Assembly (NCBI GenBank): GCA_938014915.1
Contig: CALLQQ010000043.1
Span: forward strand, 1-47,509
Origin: an uncultured Clostridia bacterium
GTDB taxonomy: Bacteria > Bacillota > Clostridia > Oscillospirales > Ruminococcaceae
DNA length: 47,509 nt
Direction of reading: 5' to 3'
The notes beneath the pieces are model-generated. The model did not search any database. It was not told the origin of the DNA and saw only the letters and a list, made by a program, of their open reading frames with translations. Below, piece after piece: positions 9,746 to 19,395 of the stretch; the first letter of the stretch is position 1; each line of letters opens with the position of its first letter. Both the position numbers and the translations under genes were made by a program.

Positions 9746-9964
9746 ATGTTAGATAAAATTGCTTTATTCTTTTTGATAGTTGGAGGAGCAAACTGGGGAC
9801 TAATCGGATTGTTCCGATTTGACCTTATAGCATGGGCATTCGGCGGTTCAGCAAGCGTAATTAGCAGAATTATTTATGTAGTTGTTGGATTGTCGGCTCT
9901 TTGGTGCATTTCTCTATACTTTAAAAGAAGTAGTCTGGTGGAAGCGGATGACCACATAAGATAG
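9746..9964 (+). CDS. DUF378 family small membrane protein
   Basis: It has VGGANWGLIGLFRFDL, which is characteristic of DUF378, and two TM helices. GGAGG lies 6 nt before ATG 9746. Confidence 0.75.
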   Translation: MLDKIALFFLIVGGANWGLIGLFRFDLIAWAFGGSASVISRIIYVVVGLSALWCISLYFKRSSLVEADDHIR

Positions 9965-9991
9965 TGGTCGGAAACAAAAGCCATTAATAAT

Positions 9992-10030
9992 CGCAAGAAC
10001 GCACCTAAGCGGTAGCGTTTTTGCGGTTAT
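9992..10030 (+). terminator. Probable intrinsic terminator after the DUF378 gene
   Basis: The hairpin cgcaagaacgc / gcgtttttgcg has one mismatch and is followed by T-rich sequence. Confidence 0.5.
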
Positions 10031-10192
10031 TTTAATATAATTTAATTAAATTGATTATAATGAATATAAGAATAATACTATTTTTTCGAGCATTAATACA
10101 AATTTTATTATCTTTTTACATAAAAAAAGGGGCGCATTTTTGTTGAAGTGACTAAATTTACTGTGTTTGATGGATTAATTTTGTAAATGTTA

Positions 10193-10221
10193 TTGACTTT
10201 TTAATCTTGAGGGGCTATAAT
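10193..10221 (+). promoter_or_regulatory. Near-consensus sigma-A promoter of a short orphan transcription unit
   Basis: The promoter reads TTGACT - 17 nt - TATAAT. Confidence 0.65.
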
Positions 10222-10225
10222 AATC

Positions 10226-10334
10226 ATGATGTTAACACATCCGTTTTGTTGTCTCCTTTCTTTTGTTCTACACATATTTTTTAGTCTAACTTCGTTTGGC
10301 GGGGCTTTTTTTTAAAAGCCTCGCACTTTTTTTA
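10226..10334 (+). ncRNA. Short promoter-to-terminator unit of about 105 nt: either an sRNA or a leaderless 29-codon hydrophobic ORF (MMLTHPFCCLLSFVLHIFFSLTSFGGAFF)
   Basis: ATG 10226 lies 5 nt after the -10 hexamer and has no SD. The ORF stop (10313-10315) lies in the terminator hairpin 10299-10324 (gcggggctttt / aaaagcctcgc), which is followed by T7. The metG promoter begins right after. Confidence 0.4.
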
Positions 10335-10363
10335 TTGTATTGATGGACAAAAAGTGATATAAT
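10335..10363 (+). promoter_or_regulatory. Sigma-A-type promoter of metG-tatD
   Basis: The promoter reads TTGTAT - 17 nt - TATAAT with TGa extended -10, about 45 nt upstream of the metG ATG. Confidence 0.6.
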
Positions 10364-10406
10364 AACTAGAAAGCAATAAAGTATTATAGAAAGGCAGAGT
10401 GCGGTA

Positions 10407-12356
10407 ATGAGTGACAAATTTTTTATAACAACGGCGATAGCCTACACTTCTAAAAAGCCCCATATCGGGAATACGTACGAGATAATATTTACTGATGCGA
10501 TAGCTAGGTATAAAAGAATGATGGGGAAAGATGTTTTCTTCCTAACGGGGACCGACGAACACGGGCAGAAGATTGAGCAACTGGCAAAGAAGAATAACAT
10601 GATGCCGCAGCAATATGCTGACAAGATCGCAAATGAAATACGTGATATATATAAATTGTTCAATTGCTCATACGATAAATTTATTAGAACAACGGACCCA
10701 TACCATGTTAAAACTGTGCAGAAAATTTTCAGGCAGTTATATGAGCAGGGCGATATCTATAAAGACGTGTACGAGGGGCATTATTGCGTTGCCTGTGAAT
10801 CCTTTTTTACTGAATCGCAGCTAGATAATGGTGCTTGTCCCGATTGCGAGGGTAAAGTCAATCTCACTAAAGAGGAAGCGTATTTCTTCAAGCTTAGCAA
10901 ATATCAGGATAGGCTAGAAAAACATATCGAGGAGAATCCCGACTTCATCAGTCCGGCGTCCCGCAGAAGAGAAATGGTGAATAATTTCATCAAGCCGGGG
11001 CTGCAAGATTTATGCGTGTCGAGGACATCGTTTAAATGGGGTATCCCCGTCGATTTCGATGAGGGGCATATCATTTATGTTTGGATAGATGCATTGTCGA
11101 ACTACATTACGGCGCTAGGATACGATCCCGACGGTAGTAGTGATAAATTCAATAAATACTGGCCGTGCGACGTGCATATAATCGGTAAGGATATTCTAAG
11201 ATTCCACACGATATATTGGCCGATCATGTTAATGGCGCTTGGAGTGCCCCTACCTAAGCAGGTATTCGGGCATCCGTGGCTGCTTATCGGCGATGACAAA
11301 ATGAGCAAATCAAAGGGCAATGTAATTTATGCAGACGAATTGGCCGATCTTTTTGGCGTTGATGCGGTGCGCTATTATTTACTCAGGGAGATGCCCTATG
11401 CGCATGACGGGAGCATAACATATGAGGGCTTTATCGAAAGATATAATTCCGACCTAGCTAATACTATCGGCAATCTTGTCAATAGAACAATTGCAATGGT
11501 GGACAAGTATTTCGATGGTACTATTCAGCCGCCGAATAACGGAACAGATTTCGATGAAGAACTTCGTAGCAAGGCGGTTACGACAGCTAAAGATGTAACG
11601 CAGCTCATGGAGCAATATAAAACTTCCGACGCATTAAGTGAGATAATGAGCCTTGCTCGCCGCAGTAACAAATATATTGATGAAACGATGCCGTGGGTCC
11701 TTGCCAAGGACGAAAGCAAAAAAGAGGAACTCGGCACGGTATTATATAACCTGCTTGAGAGTATACGTTTCATTGCGGTAATGCTCACGCCGTTCATACC
11801 GAATACGGCAAAGAGCATCTTTAACCAGATTAACTGCGATATTAAGCAGTGGGATTCCCTATCCGCATTTGGCAAGACAATACCATGTGCTAAAGTCGGT
11901 GAGGGCAAGCCGCTCTTTAATAGGATCGATACTAAGAAAATGCTCCAGCAAATTGAGCAGATGAATGAAGAAAAAGCGGAGAAAGAGGCAAAATCCGATA
12001 AGGAGAATTCAGGTAAAGCCGAAGATTCCAATGAGATTGGAATTGATGATTTTGCGAAAGTTGACTACCGTGTCGCTAAAGTTATCGAGTGTGAACCTGT
12101 GAAGAAGTCGGACAGGTTATTAAAGCTCCAGCTGAATGACGGACAAGGCACAAGACAAGTTGTATCGGGAATTGCTAAGTGGTATGCGCCCGATGATTTA
12201 ATCGGGAAAAAGGTAATTCTCGTCGCCAATCTTGCACCGGTTAAACTCCGTGGAGAGATGAGCAACGGCATGATACTCGCCGCCGATAATGAAGATGGCA
12301 GTGCGACGGTTATATTTGTAGATGATGAATTAAAGGAAGGCAGTAAGATTAGATAA
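10407..12356 (+). CDS. metG: Methionine--tRNA ligase with a C-terminal tRNA-binding (EMAP/Trbp111-like) domain
   Basis: It has the HIGN (HIGH-type) motif, KMSKS, a CxxC..CxxC zinc knuckle (CVAC..CPDC), and a C-terminal DFAKVDYRVAKV...SNGMILA domain. Confidence 0.95.
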   Translation: MSDKFFITTAIAYTSKKPHIGNTYEIIFTDAIARYKRMMGKDVFFLTGTDEHGQKIEQLAKKNNMMPQQYADKIANEIRDIYKLFNCSYDKFIRTTDPYHVKTVQKIFRQLYEQGDIYKDVYEGHYCVACESFFTESQLDNGACPDCEGKVNLTKEEAYFFKLSKYQDRLEKHIEENPDFISPASRRREMVNNFIKPGLQDLCVSRTSFKWGIPVDFDEGHIIYVWIDALSNYITALGYDPDGSSDKFNKYWPCDVHIIGKDILRFHTIYWPIMLMALGVPLPKQVFGHPWLLIGDDKMSKSKGNVIYADELADLFGVDAVRYYLLREMPYAHDGSITYEGFIERYNSDLANTIGNLVNRTIAMVDKYFDGTIQPPNNGTDFDEELRSKAVTTAKDVTQLMEQYKTSDALSEIMSLARRSNKYIDETMPWVLAKDESKKEELGTVLYNLLESIRFIAVMLTPFIPNTAKSIFNQINCDIKQWDSLSAFGKTIPCAKVGEGKPLFNRIDTKKMLQQIEQMNEEKAEKEAKSDKENSGKAEDSNEIGIDDFAKVDYRVAKVIECEPVKKSDRLLKLQLNDGQGTRQVVSGIAKWYAPDDLIGKKVILVANLAPVKLRGEMSNGMILAADNEDGSATVIFVDDELKEGSKIR

Positions 12357-13126
12357 TGGCAATAGAAAATATTTTTGATACACATGCGCATTATGACGAT
12401 GTGCGTTTTAATGAAGATAGAGATGAGTTAATTCGCTCACTACCTAGTAAAGGGGTGAGTGGGGTAATCAATATCGGGTGTACACTCCCCCGTTCGCAAA
12501 AGAGTGTTGATCTAGCTAATAAATATGAATTCTTTTATGCAGCAGTTGGAATTCATCCTAGCGATGTTGCAGACCTCCCAGCCGATTATACCGATAGATT
12601 AAAATCCATGGCACAAAATGAGAAAGTCATTGCAATTGGTGAAATCGGGCTCGATTATTATTATGATGGCTATGACAAAGATTTGCAGATTAAGATATTC
12701 AAAGAGCAGCTAGAACTTGCACGGGAACTTGACTTGCCGGTAGTTATCCATAGTAGGGAAGCAACTCAGGATATGATGGAGATTCTTAAAAAATACCAAC
12801 CTAGAGGGGTGATGCACTGCTATTCTGGATCGGCGGAAACGGCGAAAGAGATTCTTTCGATAGGTATGTACATTAGCTTCACAGGTGTAATTACCTTTAA
12901 TAATGCTCGGCGCGCGGTTGAGGCTTGCGAAGTTATACCGATGGATAGACTCCTGCTTGAAACAGATGCGCCCTACATGGCGCCGACACCGTTTAGGGGG
13001 CAGAGATGTGATTCGCCGATGATTACGGAAATTGCAAAAAAAGTCGCAGAGATTAAGGGTATACCAGCGCAGGAAGTTGCGGATAAATGCACGGAAAACG
13101 CAAAATTCCTATTCGAGATTAAATAG
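12356..13126 (+). CDS. tatD: TatD family metal-dependent hydrolase (YabD-like)
   Basis: It has DTHAH at the N-terminus plus GEIGLDYYY, VIHSREA and ETDAPY motifs. A TAATG overlap links it to metG, the conserved metG-yabD arrangement. Confidence 0.9.
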   Translation: MAIENIFDTHAHYDDVRFNEDRDELIRSLPSKGVSGVINIGCTLPRSQKSVDLANKYEFFYAAVGIHPSDVADLPADYTDRLKSMAQNEKVIAIGEIGLDYYYDGYDKDLQIKIFKEQLELARELDLPVVIHSREATQDMMEILKKYQPRGVMHCYSGSAETAKEILSIGMYISFTGVITFNNARRAVEACEVIPMDRLLLETDAPYMAPTPFRGQRCDSPMITEIAKKVAEIKGIPAQEVADKCTENAKFLFEIK

Positions 13127-13136
13127 ACCAAACTAA

Positions 13137-13172
13137 AAAAAGCATTTAACCGATATCGGTTAAATGCTTTTC
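13137..13172. terminator. Bidirectional intrinsic terminator between tatD and the convergent GGGtGRT gene
   Basis: A perfect hairpin is formed by aaaagcatttaaccgat / atcggttaaatgctttt. Confidence 0.8.
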
Positions 13173-13188
13173 TATTATAGAAGTAAAT

Positions 13189-14190
13189 TTAGTTCCTTGC
13201 GGCAACTTCAACGGCAACAGCGCACGCAACGGTAGCACCGACCATTGGATTGTTACCCATTCCGATTAGACCCATCATTTCAACGTGAGCAGGAACGGAC
13301 GAAGAACCAGCGAATTGTGCATCACCATGCATACGACCCATTGAGTCTGTAAGACCATATGATGCAGGGCCAGCCCCCATATTATCTGGATGAAGTGTAC
13401 GGCCTGTTCCGCCGCCCGATGCAACGGAGAAGTATCTAACATCATTCTCGCCTGCCCATTTCTTATATGTTCCAGCAACAAGATGTTGGAAACGTGTTGG
13501 ATTAGTTGAGTTACCAGTTATGGAAACGTCAACTTTTTCAAGTTTCATAACAGCGACACCTTCAAGAACGTCATTACAACCGTAAACACGTACTTTTGAT
13601 TTATCGCCTTGTGAAAATGGTACTTCACGAACAACTTTAATCTCGCCAGTGTCGAAGCAGTATTCAGTTTCAACATAGGTGAATCCGTTAATTCTTGAAA
13701 TAATATAAGCTGCGTCCTTACCAAGACCGTTGAGTATTACACGTAGTGGTGATTTCCTTGCTTTGTTAGCAGTCCTTGCAATGCCGATTGCACCCTCAGC
13801 AGCAGCAAAGGATTCGTGACCAGCAAGGAAGCAGAAGCAATCAGTTTGATCTTTTAGGAGCATTGAGCCTAGATTACCATGGCCTAGACCAACTTCCCTT
13901 TGTTCTGCAACAGAGCCAGGGATACAGAATGCTTGCAGACCGATACCGATAGCCTCGGCAGCATCAGCAGCCTTTGTAATGCCCTTTTTAATAGCAATTG
14001 CAGTTCCTAGAATATATGCCCAGCTAGCATTTTCAAATGCAATTGGCTGAACACCTTTAACGATTTCGTCAACATTTATATCTTTGGATAGACATACATC
14101 TCTTGCATCTTCAAGAGAGGTAAAACCATATTCCTTTAGACAAGCCTCTATCTTAGACATACGTCTAGCTTGGCCTTCAAATTTTGCCAT
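13189..14190 (-). CDS. GGGtGRT family protein (conserved, function unknown)
   Basis: It contains the eponymous SGGGTGRTLHPDN motif, is about 333 aa, and is paired with a NifU/IscU-like gene immediately upstream. Confidence 0.75.
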   Translation of the reverse strand: MAKFEGQARRMSKIEACLKEYGFTSLEDARDVCLSKDINVDEIVKGVQPIAFENASWAYILGTAIAIKKGITKAADAAEAIGIGLQAFCIPGSVAEQREVGLGHGNLGSMLLKDQTDCFCFLAGHESFAAAEGAIGIARTANKARKSPLRVILNGLGKDAAYIISRINGFTYVETEYCFDTGEIKVVREVPFSQGDKSKVRVYGCNDVLEGVAVMKLEKVDVSITGNSTNPTRFQHLVAGTYKKWAGENDVRYFSVASGGGTGRTLHPDNMGAGPASYGLTDSMGRMHGDAQFAGSSSVPAHVEMMGLIGMGNNPMVGATVACAVAVEVAARN

Positions 14191-14208
14191 ATCTTACGCC
14201 TCCCTCTC

Positions 14209-14901
14209 TTATTCTTCTCTCGGATCGATGTACTTAACAGCGTCTTCATATCGACCATATGTGCCCGTGTGCTTCTTTAGAGCTTCGCCAGCTTCCATAC
14301 CGTGGCGAATATCTTCTAGCATTTGACCTAGGCGAACGAATTCATATCCAATTACTTCACCGCAATTGTCAATAGCAAGAGAGGTGATATATCCTTCAGC
14401 TGTTTCCATATAGCGGACACCTTTTGCCTTAGTTGAATAGATTGTACCGACTTGGGAGCGCAGCCCCTTACCTAAATCCTCAAGTCCGGCACCGACGGGC
14501 AGACCACCCTCGGAAAATGCTGTTTGTGTTCTTCCGTAAACTATTTGTAGGAATAATTCACGCATTGCAACGTTGATTGCATCACATACTAGGTCGGTAT
14601 TAAGTGCCTCTAGTATTGTCTTACCCGGTAGGATTTCACCAGCCATAGCGGCGGAATGCGTCATACCTGAGCAACCGATTGTTTCAACCAGTGCCTCCTC
14701 GATAATACCATCTTTTACGTTTAGAGTAAGTTTGCAAGCACCTTGCTGAGGTGCGCACCAGCCCACGCCATGTGTTAGTCCAGCAATATCGGATATTTGA
14801 TATGCCTTTACCCATTTACCTTCTTCAGGGATTGGAGCGGGACCATGATGAACTCCTTTTGTGAGAGTACACATTCTCTCGACTTCTTGAGAGTAGCTCA
14901 T
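14209..14901 (-). CDS. NifU/IscU N-terminal-domain-like protein (annotated in relatives as an Fe-S cluster scaffold)
   Basis: It has the three-Cys pattern GWCAPQQGAC...GCSGMTHSAAMAGE, which resembles IscU, plus a C-terminal extension. AGGAG lies 9 nt before ATG 14901. The ORF-track start at 14928 has no SD. Confidence 0.65.
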   Translation of the reverse strand: MSYSQEVERMCTLTKGVHHGPAPIPEEGKWVKAYQISDIAGLTHGVGWCAPQQGACKLTLNVKDGIIEEALVETIGCSGMTHSAAMAGEILPGKTILEALNTDLVCDAINVAMRELFLQIVYGRTQTAFSEGGLPVGAGLEDLGKGLRSQVGTIYSTKAKGVRYMETAEGYITSLAIDNCGEVIGYEFVRLGQMLEDIRHGMEAGEALKKHTGTYGRYEDAVKYIDPREE

Positions 14902-15047
14902 AAATTGAAAACTCCTTTCTGATTCCATGTCTTGCCCTGCAAAATCTAGCTAAATTAGTGTTAAGAGAATACTTGTCCTAATAAAAAGCAAAGCAAATTC
15001 ATTTTAGCGTACATCTTAATATTGCCAGATGAATACGCTTTACACTT

Positions 15048-15076
15048 ATTATAATGTTAAAATGGGAATTTATCAA
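15048..15076 (-). promoter_or_regulatory. Sigma-A-type promoter of the NifU-like/GGGtGRT operon
   Basis: The minus strand reads TTGATA - 17 nt - TATAAT, about 140 nt upstream of the start codon. Confidence 0.5.
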
Positions 15077-15147
15077 GTCAAAAAGTGTACAAACACAATA
15101 AACTTTGATAATTTTTTGTCACGAATACGATATGAGCCTATTTTTAA

Positions 15148-15176
15148 TTGACAAAACACTCATATAAGAGTAAAAT
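15148..15176 (+). promoter_or_regulatory. Sigma-A-type promoter of secA
   Basis: The promoter reads TTGACA - 17 nt - TAAAAT. Confidence 0.6.
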
Positions 15177-15294
15177 GGGAAGTGTATGTTAATTTGTTAC
15201 TATGGGTGAAGTGTTTCTACTAATATTTTGATAAATAGTAATAGTCAATTATACGGATGTTGTTATAATTAAATTTGATTTAAAGGAGTATGTT

Positions 15295-18024
15295 ATGGGG
15301 ATATTAACTGCGATTTTTGGTTCTTATAGTAAAAAGGAACTAAAAAGGATTGAACCAATTAAAGAGTCGGTCATCGCCCTAGAAGAAAAGTATAGGCAGA
15401 TGAGTGAAGAAGAATTAAAAGGACAAACAGCAATACTTAAAGAAAGACTGGAAAATGGCGAAACAGTCGACGATATACTTCCTGAGGCATTCGCCACTTG
15501 TCGTGAGGCATCGGACAGAGTATTGGGAATGCGCCATTATCCAGTGCAGATTATCGGCGGAATTGTCCTACATCAAGGACGAGTCGCCGAGATGAAAACC
15601 GGTGAGGGAAAGACTTTAGTCGCTACCTTGCCCGCATACCTCAATGCCCTATCGGGTAAAGGTGTTCATATCGTAACAGTCAACGATTATCTTGCAAAAC
15701 GTGATGCTGAATGGATGGGAAAAGTATATAGGTATCTTGGGCTATCCGTCGGTGTAATCATTCACGCAAAGAATAATGCCGAGCGCCGTGAAGCATATTC
15801 AAGTGATATAACATACGGAACAAATAACGAGATGGGATTCGACTATCTTCGTGATAACATGGTTATTTATAAAGCGGACAAGGTGCAACGTGAGCATAAT
15901 TTCTGTATCGTTGACGAGGTAGACTCAATCCTAATTGACGAGGCTAGAACGCCGCTGATTATATCGGGGCAGGGCGATAAATCTACCGAACTATATTCCG
16001 TCGCCGATAAATTCGTGCGCACACTTAAAATGCACAAAGTTGTTGAACTTGATGATAAGCAAGATAATGATGATATTGATGGCGACTACATCGTTGACGA
16101 AAAGGCAAGAACGGCGACAATTACACCGTCGGGAGTTGCTAAGGCGGAGAAGTATTTTAACCTTGAGAACTTAATGGATGCGGATAATATAACAGTTCTT
16201 CATCATATAAATCAAGCATTAAAGGCACATGGCATAATGAAGCACGATATAGACTATGTTGTTAAAGATGGGCAAGTTATCATTGTTGATGAATTCACAG
16301 GTCGATTGATGATGGGAAGAAGATATAATGACGGATTGCATCAAGCTATCGAATCAAAAGAGGGAGTAAAGGTCGAGCGTGAGTCAAAGACACTTGCTAC
16401 TGTAACATTTCAGAATTACTTTAGACTATATAATAAATTAGCTGGTATGACGGGTACGGCAATGACGGAGGAGGGCGAATTAAGGGAGATTTATAACCTT
16501 GATGTTATAGAAATTCCAACGAATAAGCCAATTAAACGCAGAGACCACCAAGATAGCGTATTTAAAACGAAAAAAGGTAAATATCAGGCGGCTGTAAGAC
16601 AGATTATAGAATGCCACGAAAAGGGGCAACCCGTTCTTGTCGGTACAATATCAATCGAGGATTCAGAACTTCTATCAAAGATACTCAAAAAGCAGGGAAT
16701 CAAGCACGAAGTGTTGAACGCAAAGCAACATGACCGTGAGGCGGAAATTGTCGCTCAGGCGGGTAAAAAGGGCGCAGTTACAATCGCAACAAATATGGCG
16801 GGACGTGGAACGGACATCGTGCTAGGTGGTAATGCTGAATTCATGGCGAAGAATGAAATGCGTAAAAAGGGCTTTACAGAAGAACTTATCAATGAGGCGA
16901 CGGGCTTTTCCGAAACTGATGATGAGGAAATCCTGGAGGCACGTAGGACTTTTACCGAATTGGAGAAGAAATTCAAACAGCAGACCGATGCTGAAGCACA
17001 GGAAGTTAAGGCGGCAGGCGGCCTATTCATATTAGGAACGGAGCGCCACGAATCAAGACGTATTGATAATCAGCTAAGAGGACGTGCAGGCCGTCAAGGA
17101 GATGAGGGAGAGAGCAGATTCTTCATATCACTTGAAGATGATTTAATGCGTCTATTCGGCGGAGATAGAATTCAAGGAATGATGAATACGCTGGGCATAG
17201 AAGAAGATATGCCTATTGAGAATAAAATGCTCACAAATACTATCGAATCTTCGCAAAGAAAAGTCGAGGGTAAGAACTTCTCCATAAGGAAGAATGTGCT
17301 TAACTTTGATGATGTAATGAGTACGCAACGTGAAATTATCTACTCCCAACGCAAAAAGGTGCTTGATGGCGACGATATAAAAGATAGTATTATCAATATG
17401 ATAAAAGATACCATCACCGAAACAGTCAACCTATATCTATTCGATGATGAAGTTCACGACGATTGGAATTTGCAGGGGCTGCGTGATCACTTCATGGGAA
17501 TGCTCACTACCGAAGATGATTTAAGGTATGAAGGTGATGAGCTGTCCGAAATTACGAGGGAAGAAATTGCCGATACATTAATCCAGCGAGCTATGCAGAT
17601 ATACGAGGAAAGAGAAAAGGAATTCGGCAGTGAAACAATGCGTGAGATTGAGCGTGTTGTGCTATTAAGAACTGTCGATAGCAAGTGGATGCAACATATC
17701 GACGATATGGAAGAATTAAAACAGGGAATATATCTTCGTGCCTATGGTCAGAAGAATCCCGTTGTCGAATATCGTATCGAGGGATTCGATATGTTCGATG
17801 AGATGATTCGTGCAATTCGTGAGGAAACATCACGCCTTGTACTATCCGTACAATTGAAAAAAGATGAAGCTCCGCAACGTGAGCAAGTCGCAAAACCAAC
17901 ATCGGAAAATCTTGGCTCTGATGGTGAGAAACCCACCACAGTCACAAAGAAAAAGGTGGGACGCAACGAACCATGCCCATGCGGTAGCGGTAAGAAGTAT
18001 AAGAGATGTTGCGGACAGGATTAA
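15295..18024 (+). CDS. secA: Preprotein translocase ATPase SecA
   Basis: It has MKTGEGKT (Walker A), the [23 protein letters not shown]-like motif, [10 protein letters not shown], and a C-terminal zinc finger [14 protein letters not shown]. Confidence 0.97.
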   Translation: MGILTAIFGSYSKKELKRIEPIKESVIALEEKYRQMSEEELKGQTAILKERLENGETVDDILPEAFATCREASDRVLGMRHYPVQIIGGIVLHQGRVAEMKTGEGKTLVATLPAYLNALSGKGVHIVTVNDYLAKRDAEWMGKVYRYLGLSVGVIIHAKNNAERREAYSSDITYGTNNEMGFDYLRDNMVIYKADKVQREHNFCIVDEVDSILIDEARTPLIISGQGDKSTELYSVADKFVRTLKMHKVVELDDKQDNDDIDGDYIVDEKARTATITPSGVAKAEKYFNLENLMDADNITVLHHINQALKAHGIMKHDIDYVVKDGQVIIVDEFTGRLMMGRRYNDGLHQAIESKEGVKVERESKTLATVTFQNYFRLYNKLAGMTGTAMTEEGELREIYNLDVIEIPTNKPIKRRDHQDSVFKTKKGKYQAAVRQIIECHEKGQPVLVGTISIEDSELLSKILKKQGIKHEVLNAKQHDREAEIVAQAGKKGAVTIATNMAGRGTDIVLGGNAEFMAKNEMRKKGFTEELINEATGFSETDDEEILEARRTFTELEKKFKQQTDAEAQEVKAAGGLFILGTERHESRRIDNQLRGRAGRQGDEGESRFFISLEDDLMRLFGGDRIQGMMNTLGIEEDMPIENKMLTNTIESSQRKVEGKNFSIRKNVLNFDDVMSTQREIIYSQRKKVLDGDDIKDSIINMIKDTITETVNLYLFDDEVHDDWNLQGLRDHFMGMLTTEDDLRYEGDELSEITREEIADTLIQRAMQIYEEREKEFGSETMREIERVVLLRTVDSKWMQHIDDMEELKQGIYLRAYGQKNPVVEYRIEGFDMFDEMIRAIREETSRLVLSVQLKKDEAPQREQVAKPTSENLGSDGEKPTTVTKKKVGRNEPCPCGSGKKYKRCCGQD

Positions 18025-18075
18025 ATTCAGTATCAAATAAGCTTATAAGATATAATGAACGAAAGGAGTATTAAT

Positions 18076-19368
18076 ATGGCTGTAATTGTACCGTTCAAGG
18101 GGCTCAGATACAATACTGATAAAGCGGGGGATATTTCTACACTTGTGTGTCCGCCGTATGATATTATCAGTGACGAGGAGAGGAAGAACTACCTAGCGGT
18201 GAATCCGCATAATATTATCCGCCTTGAATTGCCTAAGGGGGACGATCCATATAAAACTGCCGGAAACACATTGAATGAATGGCTAAGAGATGAGATACTA
18301 AAAAAAGACGGTAAAGAGGGCATCTATGTGTATGAGATGTCATTCCTATCGCATGGCGAGAAGAAGAATGTAAAGGGGATAATTTGCCTAGTCGGACTAG
18401 AAGAATTATCAAAGGGGATAATCCTCCCCCACGAAGAAACACTCAGCAAGGCTAAGACCGATAGGTTCAATCTAATGTCGAGCACTCATTGTAACTTTAG
18501 TCAAGTATACTCACTGTATATTGATGAAGATAATTCTACTTTTAGTATAATAGACAATGTGTCGTCGGGCGAGCCCGATATTGAACTAACCGATGGTGAA
18601 GGTGTCGAGCATAAACTATGGTGCATATACGATGTCGATGAAATTGCGAAAATTTCGGCCAAATTCGTCGATAAAAAGCTTTATATCGCTGACGGTCATC
18701 ACAGGTATGAAACGGCGCTTGCATTCAGCAAGCACTTGCGTGAGCAGGGAATTGTATCCGGGGAAAAGGGCGAAGCTCCGTCGGATTATGTTTGCATGAT
18801 GCTTGTCAATATGGAGAATGACGGTCTAGTTGTATGGCCGACGCACAGAATTGTCCGTGATTTAGACAATTTCAATATTGACGATGTATTAAATAACGAG
18901 GAAATTTTACGCAACTTCGATATAACTAAGGTGGACACATTAGAACAGACAAAGGGAATGCTAGAAGATAATTATAACAATGAGTATAAATCATATGGAC
19001 TTTATACAGGCAGTAATTATTATGTACTTACTTTACGTGATAAAAGTGTTATGAAAGCACTTTTCCCAGATGCGTCCGATGCATATTGTGAACTTGATGT
19101 TAGCATACTTCATTCGCTAATATTAGAGAGGGCATTCGGCATTGATAAGGAGAATATGGCAAATCAAATAAACCTAACCTATACGAGGAGTGAGGACGAG
19201 GCAATTGCCGAAGTCGAGGGCGGTAGGGCGAATTGCTGCTTCCTACTCAATCCTACTAGAGTTAGCGAGATTAGTGCTGTTGCCGCCGCTGGCGAGAAAA
19301 TGCCTCAAAAGTCTACCTATTTTTATCCGAAATTAATTACAGGACTTGTTATGAATAAATTCCTATAA
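18076..19368 (+). CDS. DUF1015 domain-containing protein
   Basis: It has PFKGLRY at the N-terminus, the ADGHHRYETA motif and a C-terminal KSTYFYPK. AGGAG lies before ATG 18076. Confidence 0.8.
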   Translation: MAVIVPFKGLRYNTDKAGDISTLVCPPYDIISDEERKNYLAVNPHNIIRLELPKGDDPYKTAGNTLNEWLRDEILKKDGKEGIYVYEMSFLSHGEKKNVKGIICLVGLEELSKGIILPHEETLSKAKTDRFNLMSSTHCNFSQVYSLYIDEDNSTFSIIDNVSSGEPDIELTDGEGVEHKLWCIYDVDEIAKISAKFVDKKLYIADGHHRYETALAFSKHLREQGIVSGEKGEAPSDYVCMMLVNMENDGLVVWPTHRIVRDLDNFNIDDVLNNEEILRNFDITKVDTLEQTKGMLEDNYNNEYKSYGLYTGSNYYVLTLRDKSVMKALFPDASDAYCELDVSILHSLILERAFGIDKENMANQINLTYTRSEDEAIAEVEGGRANCCFLLNPTRVSEISAVAAAGEKMPQKSTYFYPKLITGLVMNKFL

Positions 19369-19395
19369 TACTACTTTAATCGGGGGAAGAATTAT

